From: Nitrosopumilus sp.
GTDB taxonomy: Archaea; Thermoproteota; Nitrososphaeria; Nitrososphaerales; Nitrosopumilaceae
Assembly (NCBI GenBank): GCA_965205425.1
Contig: CBDBGZ010000009.1
Location: 320,001-384,000 of the forward strand
Direction: 5' to 3'
DNA length: 64,000 bases
The translations under genes and the position numbers were made by a program. This document shows positions 60,266-64,000 of the stretch, piece by piece (the stretch's first letter is position 1; each line of letters begins with the position of its first letter). The notes beneath the pieces are model-generated. The model searched no databases, was not told the origin of the DNA, and saw only the letters and a program-made list of their open reading frames with translations.

Positions 60266-61431
60266 TTTTTAGATGTAAAAGAATATTTTTCTTTAAATGG
60301 TGAAACTGATCTAAGTTCTTTAACAATTTTTTTTAGTGAATCTACTGTCTGTTCAATTTCTTTTTTATTATTAAAAATCCCCAGAGTTAGTCTCAAAGAT
60401 CCAGTGATTTGTTCATGGGAAAATCCCATTGCTTGTAAAACATGTGAAGCCCTCTGAGTATTTACAGAACATGCAGAACCTGTAGAAGCAGCAATTCCAT
60501 ATTCATCAAGTTTGATTATTAGATCCTCACCGTTTACACCAAGAAATGTGAAATGAGCATTGTTAGGCAATCTAGATTTAGGATCACCATTCAAAGTAAC
60601 TTCAGGTATTTCATGCAAGACTTTTTCAATTAAAAGATCTCGAAGTTTTGTAACATATGCCATATTTTCAGATAAATTGTTTTTAGCAATTTCACATGCT
60701 TTACCAAAGCCTACAATATTTGCAACGTTTTCAGTTCCAGAGCGCAAGCCATGCTCTTGACCGCCACCTAAAATTACAGGATCAATTTTGATACCATTTT
60801 TGATGTATAATGCACCAATACCCTTCGGACCATGAAGTTTATGAGAAGAAATAGATAGTAAATCTATGCCTAATTCTTTAACATCAATAGGCATCTTGCC
60901 AATTGCTTGGACAGCATCAGTATGAAAAGGGATTTTTTTCTCCTGGCAAATTTGAGATATTTCAAAAATTTTTTGAACAGTCCCGACCTCATTGTTTCCG
61001 AACATTATTGAAACAAGGCAAGTATTTTCAGATACACGACTTTGCAGCTCAGATAAATTTATTATTCCAAATTTATCAACTGGCAAATATTCAATTTCCA
61101 ATCCATTTTGAGATAATTTTTTACAAGGTTCTAAAATAGCATCGTGTTCAATTGAGGAAGTAATAATTTTGTTAGATGTATCGTTAACAACGATTCCTCT
61201 CAAAACAGTATTGTTTGATTCGGTACCTCCAGAAGTAATCAAAATTTCAGAAGGTTCTGCATTGATTAAAAATGCAATTTGTTTTCTAGCTTTCTCAATG
61301 GCCTTGTGAGCCATTCTACCATATCTATGAATTGATGAGGCATTACCATACTGTTCTTTAAGATAAGGTAACATTACATCTAAAACATCTTCATGAATTT
61401 GAGTAGATGCAGCATTATCCAGATAAATCAA
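60262..61431 (-). CDS. iscS: Cysteine desulfurase (IscS/NifS type)
   Basis: YLDNAAST, SSHKLHGPKG, RSGTEN, STGSAC. Confidence 0.95.
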   Translation of the reverse strand: MIYLDNAASTQIHEDVLDVMLPYLKEQYGNASSIHRYGRMAHKAIEKARKQIAFLINAEPSEILITSGGTESNNTVLRGIVVNDTSNKIITSSIEHDAILEPCKKLSQNGLEIEYLPVDKFGIINLSELQSRVSENTCLVSIMFGNNEVGTVQKIFEISQICQEKKIPFHTDAVQAIGKMPIDVKELGIDLLSISSHKLHGPKGIGALYIKNGIKIDPVILGGGQEHGLRSGTENVANIVGFGKACEIAKNNLSENMAYVTKLRDLLIEKVLHEIPEVTLNGDPKSRLPNNAHFTFLGVNGEDLIIKLDEYGIAASTGSACSVNTQRASHVLQAMGFSHEQITGSLRLTLGIFNNKKEIEQTVDSLKKIVKELRSVSPFKEKYSFTSKN

Positions 61432-62225
61432 TCTGCAATCACATTAATTTTTCCCGGTTTATATCCTTCTGAATCAACTTCAACAGAAGAAAATCCAAGC
61501 ATCATTAATTTTTCAGTAATTTGCTGTAAGATGATTTCATTAAATCTAGGAATCATTTGTTTTTCTACTTCAATTTTTGCAGAACCGTCAATATCACGTA
61601 CTCGTACTTGTTTTACATTTGTCAGTTGTTTAACAATAGTTTCACTAAATTCTATTCGAATTAATTTTTCTGCAGTTACTCTCTGACCCCAAGGAATTCT
61701 AGATGCCAAACATGAATTTGAAGGCCTATCAAATACAGATAATCCAATCATTTTGGCAGTGTCTCTAATTTTTAATTTTGAGAAATTCGTTTCTACAAGA
61801 GGGCTTCTAATTCCATTTTGTTTTAATGCCTCAATTCCAGGCCTATAATCACCTAAATCATCAATATTAGTACCATCAACAATAATCTCCACATCATGTT
61901 CGTTTGCCAATTTGATCAGATGATCTCCTAATTCCATTCTACAATGAAAACAACGAGTAGAATCATTTTTTGTAAAATCTTCATTATCAAGTTCACTATA
62001 ATCCAAAAAAAGTTGTTGAATACCAATCTCAGAGCAAATTTTTTTGGAGGATTCTAGTTCATCCTTAGATAGTGTTTTGTAATCAGCAGTTACAGCAATA
62101 GCAGAATCACCTAATTTTTGATATGCAGCATATGCAACAAGTGCACTATCAACACCACCAGAAAGTGCAACCATGATTTTATTTTTACCCTCAAACCAAT
62201 TTAGAAGATTATCAAGAGTGGTCAT
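61428..62225 (-). CDS. larE: LarE sulfur transferase (PP-loop)
   Basis: SGGVDS, RCFHC, DYRPG, CLASRIP, QVRVR. Confidence 0.92.
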   Translation of the reverse strand: MTTLDNLLNWFEGKNKIMVALSGGVDSALVAYAAYQKLGDSAIAVTADYKTLSKDELESSKKICSEIGIQQLFLDYSELDNEDFTKNDSTRCFHCRMELGDHLIKLANEHDVEIIVDGTNIDDLGDYRPGIEALKQNGIRSPLVETNFSKLKIRDTAKMIGLSVFDRPSNSCLASRIPWGQRVTAEKLIRIEFSETIVKQLTNVKQVRVRDIDGSAKIEVEKQMIPRFNEIILQQITEKLMMLGFSSVEVDSEGYKPGKINVIAD

Positions 62226-63447
62226 TAGAAACCTCCAATTTTTCAATTTCTTTTCTCAAAAATGCTTCTGTTTCCTTGATTGATTTATCAACAGCGTTTG
62301 AAATAGTCTTCAAGTCATCAAATTCTATTTTAAAATCTGTCTTTCCTTTGAAAGATGATTTTTTATAATTCACCTGAAAAGATTTGCCACTCAAAGTTAT
62401 AGAAACATTATGATTGGATCTAGGAACAATAAATCTATTAGAATCAGATATTCTAATCCCCAAGGTTCCTGTTTCCAATACTAGTGTATCAACTATTTCA
62501 TCAAGAATTTCAGTAGTACAAATTACAGAAACAAGATTTGTAGGCCTTCCTTTCTTTGTTATTCCATGATAAATAGAGACATCTCTAGCACCTTTTGCCA
62601 TAATTTTCTCAATCAGATTTCCCAATATTTCTCCTGAAACATCATCTACATTCGTTTCAAGAATCTTAACGGAGTCAATTTTAAAACCATTTTCGGACCC
62701 ACTGACAATTTTCAAAACATTAGAAAAATTTTCAAAATCTTTTTGACCTGCTCCATATCCTATGGACTCCACTTTCATTGAAGGATAATATTGAGCAGAT
62801 TCATGAGCTAAATTTACTAAAATACAGGCTCCAGTAGGAGTTGTAAGTTCTTCATTAGCATCATTTCCTTTAATTGTTAATTTTGAATTTTTAAAAATCT
62901 CAAGAATTGCACTTGCAGGATTGGACATTGTGCCATGTGAAAAGGTTATAGAGCCACCTCCAACTGCAACAGGTAAACAAATAATTTTTTCATCAAATAG
63001 TCCCAAATCATCTAAAGCAATAGTAATTCCAAGAACATCTACTAAAGTATCAATACTTGATGCTTCATGGAAATGAACAGATTCTGCAGGAATTCCATGA
63101 ATTTTAGATTCTGATGAAATCAAAGAATTAATGCAAGATACAGCAAATGAAGATGCTTGTTCAGAGAGTTTGATTTCCTTGGCAGCATTGATGATTGCAT
63201 TTTTAATTTCTAAGCCTTTTCTTTCATGAACATCTTCATCAATTTCTAGAACTAATTGTAAAGCTTGAATTCCATGTTTTTGTATTTTTTCAAAATCAAT
63301 TTTTTTAATTGTTGAATTTGGAAGGAATTTTTCAGATTTTTTAATTCCATCAATTATTTTATTTTTGTCAGATCCCAAATCCACCAATGAACTAAGAAGC
63401 ATATCCCCAGATATGCCAGCAATTTGTGGATCAATTACAATAACCAT
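62212..63447 (-). CDS. larC: Nickel-pincer cofactor biosynthesis protein LarC
   Basis: AGISGDM, HFHE, TPTGA, ETNVDD, TGTLGIR. Confidence 0.94.
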   Translation of the reverse strand: MVIVIDPQIAGISGDMLLSSLVDLGSDKNKIIDGIKKSEKFLPNSTIKKIDFEKIQKHGIQALQLVLEIDEDVHERKGLEIKNAIINAAKEIKLSEQASSFAVSCINSLISSESKIHGIPAESVHFHEASSIDTLVDVLGITIALDDLGLFDEKIICLPVAVGGGSITFSHGTMSNPASAILEIFKNSKLTIKGNDANEELTTPTGACILVNLAHESAQYYPSMKVESIGYGAGQKDFENFSNVLKIVSGSENGFKIDSVKILETNVDDVSGEILGNLIEKIMAKGARDVSIYHGITKKGRPTNLVSVICTTEILDEIVDTLVLETGTLGIRISDSNRFIVPRSNHNVSITLSGKSFQVNYKKSSFKGKTDFKIEFDDLKTISNAVDKSIKETEAFLRKEIEKLEVSNDHS

Positions 63448-63536
63448 GATTAAAAATTATCAAAAATGCTTATAAATTCGACTAATATTTTGAGAATTTC
63501 ATTAGATTTAATTATTCAAAATTAACACCGATTTTC

Positions 63537-64000
63537 ATGATTACTATTATTGGATCAGGTAAAGTGGGCGGAGACGCTGCATTATTTTCAGCATTAAAAC
63601 GATTAGATGATCAAATATTATTGTTAGATGTAGCCGAAGGACTTCCACAAGGAGAGGCTATGGATATCAACCACATGTTATCAGAACAAGGAATTGATGT
63701 AGAAGTAAAAGGTTCCAACGATTTTGCAGATATGAAGGGCTCAAACGTGGTAGTGGTGGTAGCAGGTTCTGGAAGGAAACCAGGTATGACAAGAATGGAT
63801 CTTTTGAAAATTAACGCATCAATTGTCAAAAGCGTTGTAGAAAATGTGAAAAAATATGCAGATGATTCTATGATAATTCCAGTTACAAATCCTCTTGATC
63901 CAATGGCTTACATTACTTACAAGGTATCAGGATTTGATAGAAGTAGAGTATTCGGCATGGGAGGAATGCTAGATTTATCAAGATTTAGACAATTTATTCA
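63537..64000 (+). CDS. mdh: Malate dehydrogenase (LDH-like), partial
   Basis: [34 protein letters not shown]; runs off window. Confidence 0.93.
   Translation, partial: MITIIGSGKVGGDAALFSALKRLDDQILLLDVAEGLPQGEAMDINHMLSEQGIDVEVKGSNDFADMKGSNVVVVVAGSGRKPGMTRMDLLKINASIVKSVVENVKKYADDSMIIPVTNPLDPMAYITYKVSGFDRSRVFGMGGMLDLSRFRQFI

Overview
Chromosomal segment of an ammonia-oxidising archaeon (Nitrososphaerota, Nitrosopumilus-like). This is inferred from the unsplit RNA polymerase A subunit, the PEFG-CTERM proteins, intron-containing tRNAs and low GC. Most of the window is core information processing: the end of the spc cluster, cbf5/cmk/adk/secY, secE-spt5-rpl11-rpl1-rpl10, rpl12, alaS, leuS, rpoH/B/A-lsm, rpl30e-nusA-rps12-rps7, plus argF, ftsY, sod, pckA, iscS-larE-larC and mdh. 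Three mobile regions interrupt it. (1) An IS481 element with an ISH3 element nested in it (3036-5402). (2) A 3.06-kb IS6-type cargo transposon (33406-36463) with perfect 67-bp TIRs and an 8-bp TSD. It carries a MunI-like restriction-modification pair, an AbrB-type regulator next to a phased repeat array, a serine-shaped tRNA-like gene with an Arg (CCU) anticodon, and a second structured segment. (3) An IS cluster (ISH3, IS630, IS1595) near tRNA-Gln, in which one gene is broken four ways. Other points of note are a three-hairpin candidate ncRNA at 37128-37271 and a tandem PEFG-CTERM array with homogenised junctions. All calls come from reading the sequence and recalled family motifs; no searches were run.
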